DNA from: an uncultured Solirubrobacteraceae bacterium
GTDB taxonomy: Bacteria > Actinomycetota > Thermoleophilia > Solirubrobacterales > Solirubrobacteraceae
Reading direction: 5' to 3'
DNA: 64,000 nucleotides
Assembly (NCBI GenBank): GCA_963726825.1
Contig: CAVSDT010000002.1
Coordinates: forward strand, 613,341-677,340
Within the stretch, counting starts at the first letter, position 1, and each line of letters opens with the position of its first letter. The position numbers and the translations under genes are program-made. The notes below the pieces were generated by a model. The model ran no database searches, had not been told where the DNA came from, and saw only the letters and a program-made list of their open reading frames with translations. Positions 27,401 to 39,625 of this stretch are shown piece by piece.

Positions 27401-29455
27401 CTAGGTCGGGTCGGCGCCGGGGCCGGGGATGCTCTCCGGCCCGGGGGTGTGCGGCGGCTCGGCGTCGGGCGCGATGTCCATGCCCTGCCGGGCGCGCTCG
27501 GGGACCTTGGGGATCGCGACGCCGGCGGCGCTGTAGGCGTCGTCCATGTCGACGGTCTCCTTGTTCAGCAGCGCCTCGGCCAGGCTGTCGAGGCGGCCGC
27601 GCTCGGCCGTCAGCAGCGTCGTGACGCGCTCGTGGGCGCGGTCGACCATGGCCCGGACCGCCGTGTCGACCATCCGCCGCGAGTCCTCGGAGGCGGGATC
27701 GGAGTACGGGTTGGCGCCGTCGGCGGGGAGGACGGCGATGAAGCCGATCTCGTCCGACATGCCCCAGCGCCCGACCATGCCGCGGGCGATGCCGGTGACC
27801 TGCTCGATGTCGGACTCCGCGCCGGTGGTGATCGTCCCGAAGATGATCTCCTCGGCGACGCGGCCGCCGAGGGCGACGTCGATCTTGGCCTCCAGCGCCT
27901 GCTTGTCGTAGGAGACGCGATCGGCGTCCGGCGAGGAGAACGTCACGCCCAGCGCGCGCCCGCGCGGGATGATCGAGACCTTGCGCACCGGGTCGGCGCC
28001 GTCGGTGAGCATGCCGACGATCGCGTGGCCCGCCTCGTGGTAGGCCGTGCGGCGGCGGTCGTCCTCGGACATGACCATCTTGCGCGGCGCGCCGAGGATG
28101 ATCTTCTCCAGGGAGTCCGTGAAGTCGGCCTGCATGACCTTCGCGTGCTTGCGGCGGGCGGCGAGCAGCGCGGCCTCGTTGCAGAGGTTGGCGAGGTCGG
28201 CGCCGACCATGCCGGGGGTCACGGCCGCGACCCGCGCGAGCGAGACCTCGTCGTCCATCGGGACGGAGCGCGTGTGGACCTCGAGGATGCGCTCGCGGCC
28301 GTCGAGGTCCGGCGGCGGGACGGTGACGCGGCGGTCGAAGCGGCCCGGGCGCAGCAGCGCGGAGTCGAGCACCTCGGGGCGGTTGGTCGCGGCGAGCACG
28401 ATCACGGTCGCGTCGGAGTCGAAGCCGTCCATCTCCGTGAGGATCTGGTTGAGCGTCTGCTCGCGCTCGTCGTTGGAGCCCGAGCCGAAGCCGGCCCCGC
28501 CGGAGCGGGAGCGCCCGACCGCGTCGAGCTCGTCGATGAAGACGATCGCGGGGGCGGCCTCCTTCGCCTGCTTGAAGAGGTCGCGGACGCGGGCCGCGCC
28601 CACGCCGACGATCGCCTCGACGAACTCGGAGGCGGACGAGGAGAAGAACGGGACCTCCGCCTCGCCGGCCACGGCGCGCGCCAGCAGGGTCTTGCCCGTG
28701 CCGGGCTGGCCGGCCAGCAGGACGCCGCGCGGGATCCGCCCGCCGAGGCGCTGGTACTTCTCCGGCGTCTTGAGGAAGTCCACGACCTCCGTGAGCTCGT
28801 GCTTGGACTCCTCGATGCCGGCGACGTCCTTGAAGGTGATGCGCTGCTCGGCGATGTCGACGCGCTTGGCGCGGGAGCGCGCGAACGCGCCGAGACCGCT
28901 CATCGCGGCGCCGCCGCCACTGCGGCGCGCCAACCACACGAAGATGCCGATGATCAGCAGGACGGGGCCGAAGCCCAGGATGATCGACAGGAGGGTCGAG
29001 CGGCCGTCGGTGAGCGAGCGGGCCTCGATGATGACGTTCTTCTCGCGCAGGGTCTTCTCGAGCTGGTCGCCGTTGGCGAACTGCGGGATCTCCGTCTCGA
29101 AGACCTTCGCGGAGCTCCCGCCCTTGGCCGGGTACTTGACCTGCTCCTTGAACTTGCCCGAGACGGTCTCACCCAGCGGCGAGATGCGCTCGACGTTTCC
29201 TGCCTGCACCTCGCGCAGGAACGTGGGGGAGTAGGGGACCGTCACCGTCGGGGTCGGCGGCGAGATCAGGTTCAGCAGGCCGTAGTTGGCGGCGAGCAGG
29301 ACGAGCACGATGAGCAGGAAGCCGGGGCGGCCGAAACGGCGCTTCGGAGGACCGTCGCCGTCCGCTCCGTTCTTGGCCTGCGACGAGGAGGAAGGCATCC
29401 GGGGACGCCGTTCGTGTGGGGCGCTCGAGCCCGTGTCGCGGCGCAGTCCGGCCAT
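27401..29455 (-). CDS. ftsH: ATP-dependent zinc metalloprotease FtsH
   Basis: 684-aa ORF with Walker [19 protein letters not shown], the SRH region, and the zinc site HEAGHAIV. An alternative start is the internal ATG at 29398. Confidence 0.97.
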   Translation of the reverse strand: MAGLRRDTGSSAPHERRPRMPSSSSQAKNGADGDGPPKRRFGRPGFLLIVLVLLAANYGLLNLISPPTPTVTVPYSPTFLREVQAGNVERISPLGETVSGKFKEQVKYPAKGGSSAKVFETEIPQFANGDQLEKTLREKNVIIEARSLTDGRSTLLSIILGFGPVLLIIGIFVWLARRSGGGAAMSGLGAFARSRAKRVDIAEQRITFKDVAGIEESKHELTEVVDFLKTPEKYQRLGGRIPRGVLLAGQPGTGKTLLARAVAGEAEVPFFSSSASEFVEAIVGVGAARVRDLFKQAKEAAPAIVFIDELDAVGRSRSGGAGFGSGSNDEREQTLNQILTEMDGFDSDATVIVLAATNRPEVLDSALLRPGRFDRRVTVPPPDLDGRERILEVHTRSVPMDDEVSLARVAAVTPGMVGADLANLCNEAALLAARRKHAKVMQADFTDSLEKIILGAPRKMVMSEDDRRRTAYHEAGHAIVGMLTDGADPVRKVSIIPRGRALGVTFSSPDADRVSYDKQALEAKIDVALGGRVAEEIIFGTITTGAESDIEQVTGIARGMVGRWGMSDEIGFIAVLPADGANPYSDPASEDSRRMVDTAVRAMVDRAHERVTTLLTAERGRLDSLAEALLNKETVDMDDAYSAAGVAIPKVPERARQGMDIAPDAEPPHTPGPESIPGPGADPT

Positions 29456-29500
29456 GGGATGAGCCTAGGGGAGGTGTGTCGGCTGACCGTCAGGACGACA

Positions 29501-29516
29501 TCGAACGTCCGTTCGC
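29501..29516 (+). promoter_or_regulatory. LexA (SOS) box upstream of uvrA
   Basis: TCGAACGTCCGTTCGC matches 11 of 12 positions of the mycobacterial-type TCGAAC-N4-GTTCGA. It ends 19 nt before the uvrA ATG and is followed by a -10-like TAGAGT (29522-29527), which suggests a leaderless or near-leaderless mRNA. Confidence 0.8.
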
Positions 29517-29534
29517 CTCTCTAGAGTCGAGCGC

Positions 29535-32426
<2,892 letters not shown>

Positions 32427-32436
32427 CGACCGCGGT

Positions 32437-32464
32437 CGGGCTCGCGACGGTCGTCGCGAGCCCG
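32437..32464. terminator. Hairpin between convergent genes uvrA and the LysM-transglycosylase gene (bidirectional terminator candidate)
   Basis: The sequence cGGGCTCGCGAC-ggtc-GTCGCGAGCCCg forms a 12-bp perfect GC-rich stem with a 4-nt loop. It sits in the 48-nt gap between the two stop codons. There is no U-tract, as is common in high-GC actinobacteria. Confidence 0.6.
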
Positions 32465-32474
32465 CGAGGGAGGC

Positions 32475-33449
32475 CTACGGGCCGCCGAAGCGGCCGCGCA
32501 GCGCCTGGACGTTGGCGACGTACTGGTTCGTGTCGTCGTAGTTGCCGCGCGACTGGACCGAGCCGAGGCCCTGGTAGTAGCCGGCGATCGCGGTGGACTC
32601 GTCGCCGCCCGTCTGCTTGAGCAGGTGCCCGAGGTAGAGGACGCCGGCCTTGACGTTGTCCTGGGCCGAGGCGGGGTTCAGCCGCGTCTGGCTGAGGTTG
32701 CGGTTGACCCAGTCCCACGTGCCCGGCATCACCTGCATGACGCCCCGCGCGTTGGCGCTCGAGACCATCGAGTTGTTGAAGCCCGACTCCTGCCAGCCGA
32801 TCGCGGCGGCGAGCGAGCCGGGGACGCCGTTGGCGGAGGCGATCGACTGCACGGTGGAGGCGTCGACGGTCTGCGACGTCGGGTCCGGGGAGGCCTTGGC
32901 CACCACGGGCGACGGTGCGGGCTCGGCGGCCCGCGCCGGGGTGGGGGCGCCGGCGGGCAGCTTGATCACGGTGCCCGCGACCAGTGTTCCGGCCGGGTCG
33001 AGCCCGTTCATCGCGGCCATCTCGCCGACCCCGACACCCGCACCGGCGGCGAGGCCGGAGAGCGTGTCGCCGGGGCGGACGGTGTAGCCGCCCATCGCGG
33101 ACGGGGCGGACGGGGCCGCGGTCGCCGGAGCGCTCGGGGTGGTGCCGTCCCTGCCGGCCCACAGGCCGGTCTCGGTGAGCTTCCCGGTCGCCTCGGCGGT
33201 GGTCGGGACGCGCACGGTGGAGCCGAGCACGATGTTCGAGCTCGTGCTGAGCCCGTTGTAGACCGCCAGCGAGTTGGTGGTCAGGTTGTTCGCGGACGCG
33301 ATCGTCCACAGCGTCTCACCGGGCTGCACGACATGGGCGACCTCGGCGTGGGCGGCGGAAGCGGGGACGGCGAACGCGGTCAGGGCGGCGAGGATCGGAA
33401 GGGTGCGGCGCACAGGAGACCTCCTGCATCGGGGGACGGGGTCCGGCAT
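32475..33449 (-). CDS. Secreted LysM-repeat lytic transglycosylase (SLT domain)
   Basis: 324-aa ORF with a signal peptide (LAALTAFAVPASAAHA). LysM repeats are HVVQPGETLWTIASANNL and YTVRPGDTLSGLAAGAG. The C-terminal SLT motif is AIGWQESGFN..RGVMQVMPGTW. Confidence 0.9.
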   Translation of the reverse strand: MPDPVPRCRRSPVRRTLPILAALTAFAVPASAAHAEVAHVVQPGETLWTIASANNLTTNSLAVYNGLSTSSNIVLGSTVRVPTTAEATGKLTETGLWAGRDGTTPSAPATAAPSAPSAMGGYTVRPGDTLSGLAAGAGVGVGEMAAMNGLDPAGTLVAGTVIKLPAGAPTPARAAEPAPSPVVAKASPDPTSQTVDASTVQSIASANGVPGSLAAAIGWQESGFNNSMVSSANARGVMQVMPGTWDWVNRNLSQTRLNPASAQDNVKAGVLYLGHLLKQTGGDESTAIAGYYQGLGSVQSRGNYDDTNQYVANVQALRGRFGGP

Positions 33450-33510
33450 GGTCGACCGTGTCTAGCCGGATTCCGGCGTCCGCCGGCGTCTGCGCGCGGC
33501 GTTACGTGCC

Positions 33511-33583
33511 CCTGCACGGCGTCCTGCACCCGCCGCAACCGGTCCTGCAGCCGCCGCAACCGATCCTGCAGCCCGTGCAGGCC
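33511..33583. repeat. Intergenic array of CCTGCA-containing repeats (21-bp period)
   Basis: The units are gtcctgcacccgccgcaaccg (33521-33541), gtcctgcagccgccgcaaccg (33542-33562, 20/21 identical) and a degenerate third unit (33563-33583). An extra CCTGCA lies at 33511 and an inverted copy at 33574-33581. The array lies between the divergent starts at 33449 and 33610. Confidence 0.7.
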
Positions 33584-33609
33584 GTCGTGCGTGCGATGCT
33601 GCGCCCCCG

Positions 33610-34206
33610 ATGCGAGCCGAGGATCTGAAGCTGTGGGCGCAGAAGTGGCGCTGGTACGAGCGCAACACGCTGCCCTGGAACCGGGCGGCCATCCACCTGG
33701 AGCTCGCCAGGCGACGGGCCTTCGCGCGCTGGCCCCTGCACGGCGACGCGCTGCAGATGCTGCGCGAGGACCGGCTGCGCCTCGGCGAGCACGTCCTGTT
33801 CGAGCCGGGCGTCTGGCTCACGGGCGCCGGGACGATCGAGATCGGGACCGGGACGTTCCTCAACCTCGGCGTGCAGGTGGCGGCGATCGAGCGGGTGACG
33901 ATCGGCGCGCACTGCATGATCGCCAACGGCTCGTTCATCTCCGACGCCGATCACAACTTCGACGACCCGGATCGGCCCGTCCCCTACCAGGGCTTCCACT
34001 CCAAGGGCCCGACGACGCTGGGTGACAACGTGTGGCTGGGGGCCAACGCCGTCGTCACGAGCGGCGTCACCATCGGGGAGCGCTGCGTGATCGGTGCCGG
34101 CAGCGTCGTCACGCGCGACATCCCGCCGCGCACGATCGCCGTCGGCGCCCCGGCGCGGGTGATCAAGGCGATCGAGTACGCGCCCGCACCGGGCGCGGCG
34201 GGCTAG
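33610..34206 (+). CDS. Hexapeptide-repeat (LbH) O-acetyltransferase, maltose/galactoside acetyltransferase-like
   Basis: 198-aa ORF with left-handed beta-helix repeats: IGAHCMIANGSFISD, GDNVWLGANAVVTSGVTIGERCVIGAGSVVTRDIP. Confidence 0.85.
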   Translation: MRAEDLKLWAQKWRWYERNTLPWNRAAIHLELARRRAFARWPLHGDALQMLREDRLRLGEHVLFEPGVWLTGAGTIEIGTGTFLNLGVQVAAIERVTIGAHCMIANGSFISDADHNFDDPDRPVPYQGFHSKGPTTLGDNVWLGANAVVTSGVTIGERCVIGAGSVVTRDIPPRTIAVGAPARVIKAIEYAPAPGAAG

Positions 34207-34445
34207 CCCTTCTGGGTCATCAGGTAGATCGCGAACGCGCACATCGCGAGGAACACGATGAAGGCGCCGAACGCGAGCGCGGTGTAGGCCGTCGCGGTCC
34301 CGCTGCGGCCGCCACGGCGCGCCTCGGCCCCGCGGGTGGAGCCGAGGATCACGGTGGCGAACAGCGCGACGGCCACGAGCCCGGCGACGAAGGAGACGCC
34401 GATCACCTCGCCGACGAGGCTCCACTGGATGAACGCGGGGCTCAC
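34203..34445 (-). CDS. Small two-TM membrane protein of unknown function, coupled to pit
   Basis: 80-aa ORF. The GTG at 34445 overlaps the pit stop (GTGA). It has two hydrophobic spans separated by an Arg/Gly loop. Confidence 0.55.
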   Translation of the reverse strand: MSPAFIQWSLVGEVIGVSFVAGLVAVALFATVILGSTRGAEARRGGRSGTATAYTALAFGAFIVFLAMCAFAIYLMTQKG

Positions 34446-35551
34446 GTCGTCTCCGCGGCCGCGGTGAGGTTGCGAGAGGTGACGAAGCGCCGGACCATCA
34501 CGACCGCGAGAGCGATCACGAGCAGGGTGAAGACGACGAGCGGGCCTGCCGCGCCGGTGCCGAAGATGCGCGTGATCCCGTAGGTGAGGGCCCCCACGAG
34601 CGCGGCCATCGGCAGGGTCAGGACCCAGGCGACCGCGATGTTGCCGGCAACGCCCCAGCGCACGGCCGACAGGCGCTTGGCCGCGCCGGCGCCCATGATG
34701 CCGCCCGAGATCACGTGGGTGGTGGAGAGGGGGAAGCCGGCGTGGGAGGCGGACAGGATCACCGCGGCGCCGGCGGCCTGGCTGGAGAAGCCCTGGGCCG
34801 GATCCATCTTGATGATGCGTGCGCCCATCGTCTTGATGATCTTCCAGCCGCCGGCGTAGGTGCCTGCGGCGATCGCGGTCGCGGCGGAGACGACGACCCA
34901 GAGCGGGACGTCGTCACCGGACTGCAGGTTCCCGTTGGCGACGAGGGCGAGGAAGATGATGCCCATCGTCTTCTGCGCGTCGTTGGTGCCGTGGGAGAGG
35001 GAGAAGAGGCTGCCGGTGATGATCTGCCCCAGCCGGAAGCCGCGGTTGACGGGTCCGGGCCGCAGCCGGCCGACGATCCGGTAGCAGACGAGGATGCCGA
35101 GCCCGGCGACCGAGAAGGCCAGCACGGGGGCGATCAGGGCCGGGACGATGACCTTCTCGATCAGCCCGTCGCCGAGCACGCCCTTGGTCCCGACGGCCGC
35201 GACCGTGGCACCGACCACGCCGCCGATGAGCGCGTGCGAGGACGACGACGGCAACCCGAAGTACCAGGTCAGGAGGTTCCAGAAGATCGCGCCGACGAGG
35301 CCGGCGAAGACGATCTCGGGCGTGATGATCGACGCGTCCACGATGCCCTTGGCGATCGTGGCCGCCACCTGGAGCGAGATGAAGGCGCCGACGAAGTTGA
35401 GGATCGCGGCCATCGCCACCGCGACGCGGGGCGGGAGGGCGCGGGTGCTGATCGAGGTCGCGACCGCGTTGGCGGTGTCGTGGAAGCCGTTCGTGAAGTC
35501 GAACGCCAGCGCGGTGATCACGACGATCACCAGGATCAGGTCGTTGTCCAT
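34442..35551 (-). CDS. pitA: Inorganic phosphate transporter (PiT/PHO4 family)
   Basis: 369-aa ORF with duplicated PiT signatures GFHDTANAVATSI and GTNDAQKTMGI. Confidence 0.93.
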   Translation of the reverse strand: MDNDLILVIVVITALAFDFTNGFHDTANAVATSISTRALPPRVAVAMAAILNFVGAFISLQVAATIAKGIVDASIITPEIVFAGLVGAIFWNLLTWYFGLPSSSSHALIGGVVGATVAAVGTKGVLGDGLIEKVIVPALIAPVLAFSVAGLGILVCYRIVGRLRPGPVNRGFRLGQIITGSLFSLSHGTNDAQKTMGIIFLALVANGNLQSGDDVPLWVVVSAATAIAAGTYAGGWKIIKTMGARIIKMDPAQGFSSQAAGAAVILSASHAGFPLSTTHVISGGIMGAGAAKRLSAVRWGVAGNIAVAWVLTLPMAALVGALTYGITRIFGTGAAGPLVVFTLLVIALAVVMVRRFVTSRNLTAAAETT

Positions 35552-35555
35552 GCGG

Positions 35556-36182
35556 TCAGGAGTTCTTCAGGATGATGCCCTGGAGGGTGTTGGCCACCTT
35601 CTCCGTGGCATCGACGGCCGATTCGAGCCGTTCGAAGATGTCCTTCCAGCGGATCACGACCATCGGGTCGATCGCCCGCTCGAAGAGGGAGGCGAGCGCA
35701 GCACGCTCGAGACGGTCACCGTCGTTCTCGAGCCGGTGGATCTCGACCACGTAGTGCGAGAGGTCCTGCATGGTGCGCAGGCGGGGCAGCGCCTCCTCGA
35801 TCTGGCGGCAGGCCTGGTGCAGGACCTTCGCCATCTCGATCGCCTGGTCCATCGGGGCCTCGACCCGGTAGAGGCCGAGGAAGTCCGCGACCTCCTCGGT
35901 GAAGTCCAGGATGTCGTCGAGCCCCGAGGCGAGGCCGATGATGTCCTCGCGGTCGATGGGGGTGACGAACGTGGCGTTGAGCTTGTGGATGATGTCGTGG
36001 GTGATCCGGTCGCCCTCCTGCTCGGCGAGCAGGATCTCCCGGGTCAGGTCCGACCGCTCCGGCCAGCCCTCGAGCATCGTCTCGAGCATCGCCGCGGCCT
36101 TCACGATGTTCGCGGCGGCTTCCTCGAACAGGTCGTAGAACCCCCGTTCCCTGGGCATGAAGAGCTCTGTGAGACGGGACAT
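35556..36182 (-). CDS. DUF47/PhoU-like phosphate-transport regulator partner of Pit
   Basis: 208-aa ORF located 4 nt upstream of pit. The N-terminus FMPRERGFYDLFEEAAANIVKAA is typical of the TIGR00153/DUF47 family. Confidence 0.85.
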   Translation of the reverse strand: MSRLTELFMPRERGFYDLFEEAAANIVKAAAMLETMLEGWPERSDLTREILLAEQEGDRITHDIIHKLNATFVTPIDREDIIGLASGLDDILDFTEEVADFLGLYRVEAPMDQAIEMAKVLHQACRQIEEALPRLRTMQDLSHYVVEIHRLENDGDRLERAALASLFERAIDPMVVIRWKDIFERLESAVDATEKVANTLQGIILKNS

Positions 36183-36194
36183 GGTGGGCGGAGG

Positions 36195-37082
36195 CTACCG
36201 CGTTCGCGCATGCCCTTCGGAGACGATCGTCCGCAGCCGCTCGAGCTCCTCCGGCGCGATCGAATACGAGTGCTCCGGCGCGGGGAACTCGCGCGTGCGC
36301 ACGGCCTGGGCGTAGGCCTCCACGCCGCGGCGCATCTCGCTGCGCACGTCGGCGAACCGGCGGACGAACTTCGGGACGTGCCCGCGGTGGATCGCGAGCA
36401 GGTCGTGGAGGACGAGCACCTGACCGTCGGTCGCCGGCCCGGCGCCGATCCCGATCACGACGAGGGCCAGCTCGCCCATGACCAGATCGGTCACCTCGGC
36501 CGGAACGGCCTCGAAGACCACGCCGAAGCACCCGGCCTCCTGCAGGTCCAGGGCGTCCTCGACGATCCCGGCCGCGCGCTCCGCCGTGCGGCCCTGGGCG
36601 CGGTAGCCGCCGAGGGCCGTCGCGGTCTGCGGCGTGAGGCCGACGTGGCCCATGACGGGGATGCCGGCGGCGACGATCGCCCGCGCGCGCTGCACGGACG
36701 TGCCGCCCCCCTCGAGCTTGATCGCGTCGCAGCCACCCTCCTTGACGAAGCGCTGGGCCGTCAGCACGGCCTGCTCGTCGGAGGCCTCGTAGGAGCCGAA
36801 CGGCAGGTCGCCGACGAGGAACGGCGTCTGCAGGCCGCGGCGGACGGCCCGGGTGAGCATCAGCAGCTCGTCGACCGTGACCGGGACGGTGCTGTCGTAG
36901 CCGAGCACGTTGTTGGCCGCGGAGTCGCCGACGAGCACCATGTCGACCCCGGCCTCCTCCGCGACGAGGGCGCCGGGATGGTCGTAGGCGGTCACCATCA
37001 CGATCGGCTCGCCGAGGGCCTTCTTCTCGCCGAGGGCGGTGAGCGAGATGGGCTTGCGGTCTTCGCGCGGGGCGCTGGACAT
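36195..37082 (-). CDS. panB: 3-methyl-2-oxobutanoate hydroxymethyltransferase
   Basis: 295-aa ORF with VMVTAYDHPGALVAEEAGVDMVLVGDS, DLPFGSYE and IKLEGG. Confidence 0.95.
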   Translation of the reverse strand: MSSAPREDRKPISLTALGEKKALGEPIVMVTAYDHPGALVAEEAGVDMVLVGDSAANNVLGYDSTVPVTVDELLMLTRAVRRGLQTPFLVGDLPFGSYEASDEQAVLTAQRFVKEGGCDAIKLEGGGTSVQRARAIVAAGIPVMGHVGLTPQTATALGGYRAQGRTAERAAGIVEDALDLQEAGCFGVVFEAVPAEVTDLVMGELALVVIGIGAGPATDGQVLVLHDLLAIHRGHVPKFVRRFADVRSEMRRGVEAYAQAVRTREFPAPEHSYSIAPEELERLRTIVSEGHARTR

Positions 37083-37088
37083 GCTGGG

Positions 37089-38792
37089 TCAGGCCTCCTG
37101 GGTGGGGGTGAGCTCGGCGTTGTCGATCAGGCGGGTCGCGCCGACGCGGGCGGCGAGCGCGAGCAGCGCGCGGCGCCCGACGGTCGCGATCGGCCGGAAG
37201 CTGTCGGGGTCGACGACGGCGACGTAGTCGGGCTCGATCCCCGCGGCGCGCAGGGCCCCTTCGGCGATCGCGATGAGCGCGGCGGCGTCGCGCTCCCCCG
37301 CGGCCGCGGCGGCCTGGGCGGCATGGAGGCCGGCGCTGAGGGCGGCCGCGCTCGCGCGCTCGGCGGGGGAGAGGTGGACGTTGCGCGACGAGCGTGCGAG
37401 GCCGTCGGGCTCGCGCACCGTCGGGACGACGTCGAGGGTGACCGGCACGTCGAGGTCGCGGATGAGGCGCCGGACGACGGCGACCTGCTGGGCGTCCTTG
37501 GCGCCGAAGACGACGTCGTCTGGGCCGACCATCAGCAGCATCTTGAGCACCACGGTGGCGACCCCGTCGAAGTGCCCCGGCCGGAGCGCCCCCTCGAGGC
37601 CCTCGGCGGGCCCCGCGACGGAGACCGTCGTCGCGAACCCGTCCGGGTAGACCTCGGTCACGTCGGGGGCGAAGACGACGTCCGCCCCCGCCGCGGAGGC
37701 GGTGCGCACGTCGCCCGCCTCGTCGCGCGGGTAGGCGGCGAGGTCGGACTGCTCCGTGAACTGGGTCGGGTTGACGAAGATCCACACGACCACCCGGTCG
37801 GCGATCGCGGCGGCCCGCTCGATGAGCGCGGCGTGCCCGGCGTGGAGGGCCCCCATGGTGGGCACGAGCGCGACCCGCTCCCCGGCCGCCCGCCACCCGG
37901 CGACGAGCGCCCGGACCGCGGAGACGGAGCGGACGACGGGGGCGGGCGCGGCCGCGGCCGTGGCCGTGGACGCCGTGGAGTTCCGTGACGCACCTAAAGT
38001 CGCGTTTGTGTCGCTGTGACGACCTCCGCGCGACTTGAGGTCCGTCACGGACCCGCGCGCGACCGTGACGGAACCGCGCGCGAGGGCGCGCGTCGCGTCC
38101 GCCAGTGCGTCGAAGAGCTCCACGAGGTGCGGGGTCCTCGCCTCGATCGCGTCCCGGTGGGCCTGGACCGTCGCCTCGTCGCCGCGGGCGATCGGGCCCG
38201 TCAGGGCGGTCCCGCCCGTCGCGCCCCAGTTCTCCGCCGTCGCGCGGACGATCGGCAGCAGCGCCGCACGGTCGATGCCGGCGGTGACGCCGAGCTCCTC
38301 CGCCGCCGCCTCGAGGGTGACGAGGAAGTTGGATGCCATGCAGCTCGCCGCGTGGTAGGCCGCGCGATCGGCGTCGGCGACCTCGAAGGGGGCCATCGCA
38401 CACGCGCCGGCGAGGGCGCGGGCCACCGCGAGCGCCCGGGGGGTCGATCCGGCGACGGCGGCGGGGGCACCGCGAAGGGCGTCGGCGCCCGACCCCGCGG
38501 GGACGGTCATGAGCGGGTGGACGGACAGCGCCTCGTGGCCGGCGTCGGCGAGCGGGGCCAGCTTCGTCGCGCCCGAGACGTGGGCGACCAGCGGCCCGGC
38601 GGGAACGGCATGGGCGGCCGCCGCGATGGCGGCGTCGGGGACGCACAGGACCACGAGCGTGGCGTCGGCCGCAGGGACCTCGGCGCGGCGCAGCGGGCCG
38701 TCGACGGTGCGTCCGCTCGCCCGGAGGGCAGCCGCGAGGGCGGTGCCGAGGCGACCAGCGCCGACGAGGGCGATCCGGTCCAGTTCTCGCAT
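37089..38792 (-). CDS. panC: Single ORF joining a Rossmann-like DUF2520 domain to pantoate-beta-alanine ligase (PanC)
   Basis: The ATG at 38792 (MRELDRIALVGAGRLG) opens a Rossmann/DUF2520-like part of about 240 aa ending ..LADATRALAR. A linker of about 45 aa with atypical codons follows. PanC runs from about 37937 (VRSVSAVRALVAGW.., VPTMGALHAGHAALI, FGAKDAQQ). There is no stop codon between the two parts. The only in-frame alternative start for a separate panC is GTG 38048. Confidence 0.75.
   Translation of the reverse strand: MRELDRIALVGAGRLGTALAAALRASGRTVDGPLRRAEVPAADATLVVLCVPDAAIAAAAHAVPAGPLVAHVSGATKLAPLADAGHEALSVHPLMTVPAGSGADALRGAPAAVAGSTPRALAVARALAGACAMAPFEVADADRAAYHAASCMASNFLVTLEAAAEELGVTAGIDRAALLPIVRATAENWGATGGTALTGPIARGDEATVQAHRDAIEARTPHLVELFDALADATRALARGSVTVARGSVTDLKSRGGRHSDTNATLGASRNSTASTATAAAAPAPVVRSVSAVRALVAGWRAAGERVALVPTMGALHAGHAALIERAAAIADRVVVWIFVNPTQFTEQSDLAAYPRDEAGDVRTASAAGADVVFAPDVTEVYPDGFATTVSVAGPAEGLEGALRPGHFDGVATVVLKMLLMVGPDDVVFGAKDAQQVAVVRRLIRDLDVPVTLDVVPTVREPDGLARSSRNVHLSPAERASAAALSAGLHAAQAAAAAGERDAAALIAIAEGALRAAGIEPDYVAVVDPDSFRPIATVGRRALLALAARVGATRLIDNAELTPTQEA
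37982..38072 (-). promoter_or_regulatory. Competing stem structures built on CCGTSACGG repeats in the DUF2520-panC linker
   Basis: Hairpin A pairs 37982-38004 with 38029-38051 (21 of 23 positions), with a 24-nt loop. Hairpin B pairs 38041-38050 with 38063-38072 (10/10), with a 12-nt loop. The two share segment 38041-38050, which contains the candidate GTG at 38048-38046. Local GC is about 61%, against a much higher surrounding level. Confidence 0.55.
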
Positions 38793-38915
38793 GAGATACC
38801 GGCTGGGAAGAGGGGGGTGGGGGTGGGTCCTGCCGCGGGTCCGTCCCGCGCAGGGTGACGGCCCGACTGCTTCGCCAGTGTACCCACGGCCCGGCCGGGC
38901 GTTACGTTGCGGGCC

Positions 38916-39614
38916 ATGGCCACCGCGGAGGAGCGCCGGGACGAGCTCAAGGCCGCCTACCAGCAGGCCTCGGCGTGCGTCCGCTGTCCCCAGCTGGCCG
39001 CCGAGCGCACCCAGGTCGTGTTCGGCTCCGGTCACGCCGACGCGGACCTGATGTTCATCGGGGAGGCGCCCGGTCGCAACGAGGACGAGCAGGGCCTCCC
39101 GTTCGTCGGCGCCGCTGGCAAGCTCCTGTCGGAGCTGCTCGCCGAGATCGGCCTGGAGCGCTCGCAGGTGTTCGTCGCCAACGCGCTCAAGTGCCGCCCG
39201 CCGGGGAATCGCGACCCGCTCCCGCAGGAGCTCGCCAACTGCCGGCCCTACCTCGACCGCCAGCTGGAGCTGATCCAGCCGAAGGTCGTCTGCACGCTCG
39301 GCAACTTCGCCACGAAGCTCGTGCGGGGCGACACCACCGGCGTCACGAAGCTGCACGGGAAGGCCGAGGTCATCGTCATCGGGCCACGCACGGTGCGGCT
39401 GCTGCCGCTCTACCACCCCGCTGCGGCGCTCTACACCCGGTCGCTGCTGGACACGCTCCGGGCCGACTTCGCCCGCATCCCCGCGCTGCTGGCGCTGGAC
39501 GCGCCGGAGCAGGCCGCGCCCCCGAGGCCCGAGCCCGAGCCGCGGCCGCAGCCGGCACCGCAGCCGCCGCCCGCGAGGACCCGCGACGAGGACGACCAGC
39601 TCGGGCTGTTCTGA
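38916..39614 (+). CDS. Uracil-DNA glycosylase, family 4
   Basis: The ATG at 38916 is the likely start; the track ORF starts at TTG 38907. Features are [38 protein letters not shown] and HPAAAL. The C-terminal tail is Pro-rich. Confidence 0.9.
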   Translation: MATAEERRDELKAAYQQASACVRCPQLAAERTQVVFGSGHADADLMFIGEAPGRNEDEQGLPFVGAAGKLLSELLAEIGLERSQVFVANALKCRPPGNRDPLPQELANCRPYLDRQLELIQPKVVCTLGNFATKLVRGDTTGVTKLHGKAEVIVIGPRTVRLLPLYHPAAALYTRSLLDTLRADFARIPALLALDAPEQAAPPRPEPEPRPQPAPQPPPARTRDEDDQLGLF

Positions 39615-39625
39615 CGCCGCCGGCG

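Noticed and set aside
33450-33609. A possible c-di-AMP (ydaO-type) riboswitch upstream of the LysM/SLT cell-wall hydrolase gene, as is common in actinobacteria.
   Set aside because: Reading the minus-strand leader, I could not find the conserved ydaO core segments or its pseudo-two-fold architecture. The region is dominated by the 21-bp direct repeats. A covariance-model search (Rfam RF00379) would settle it.
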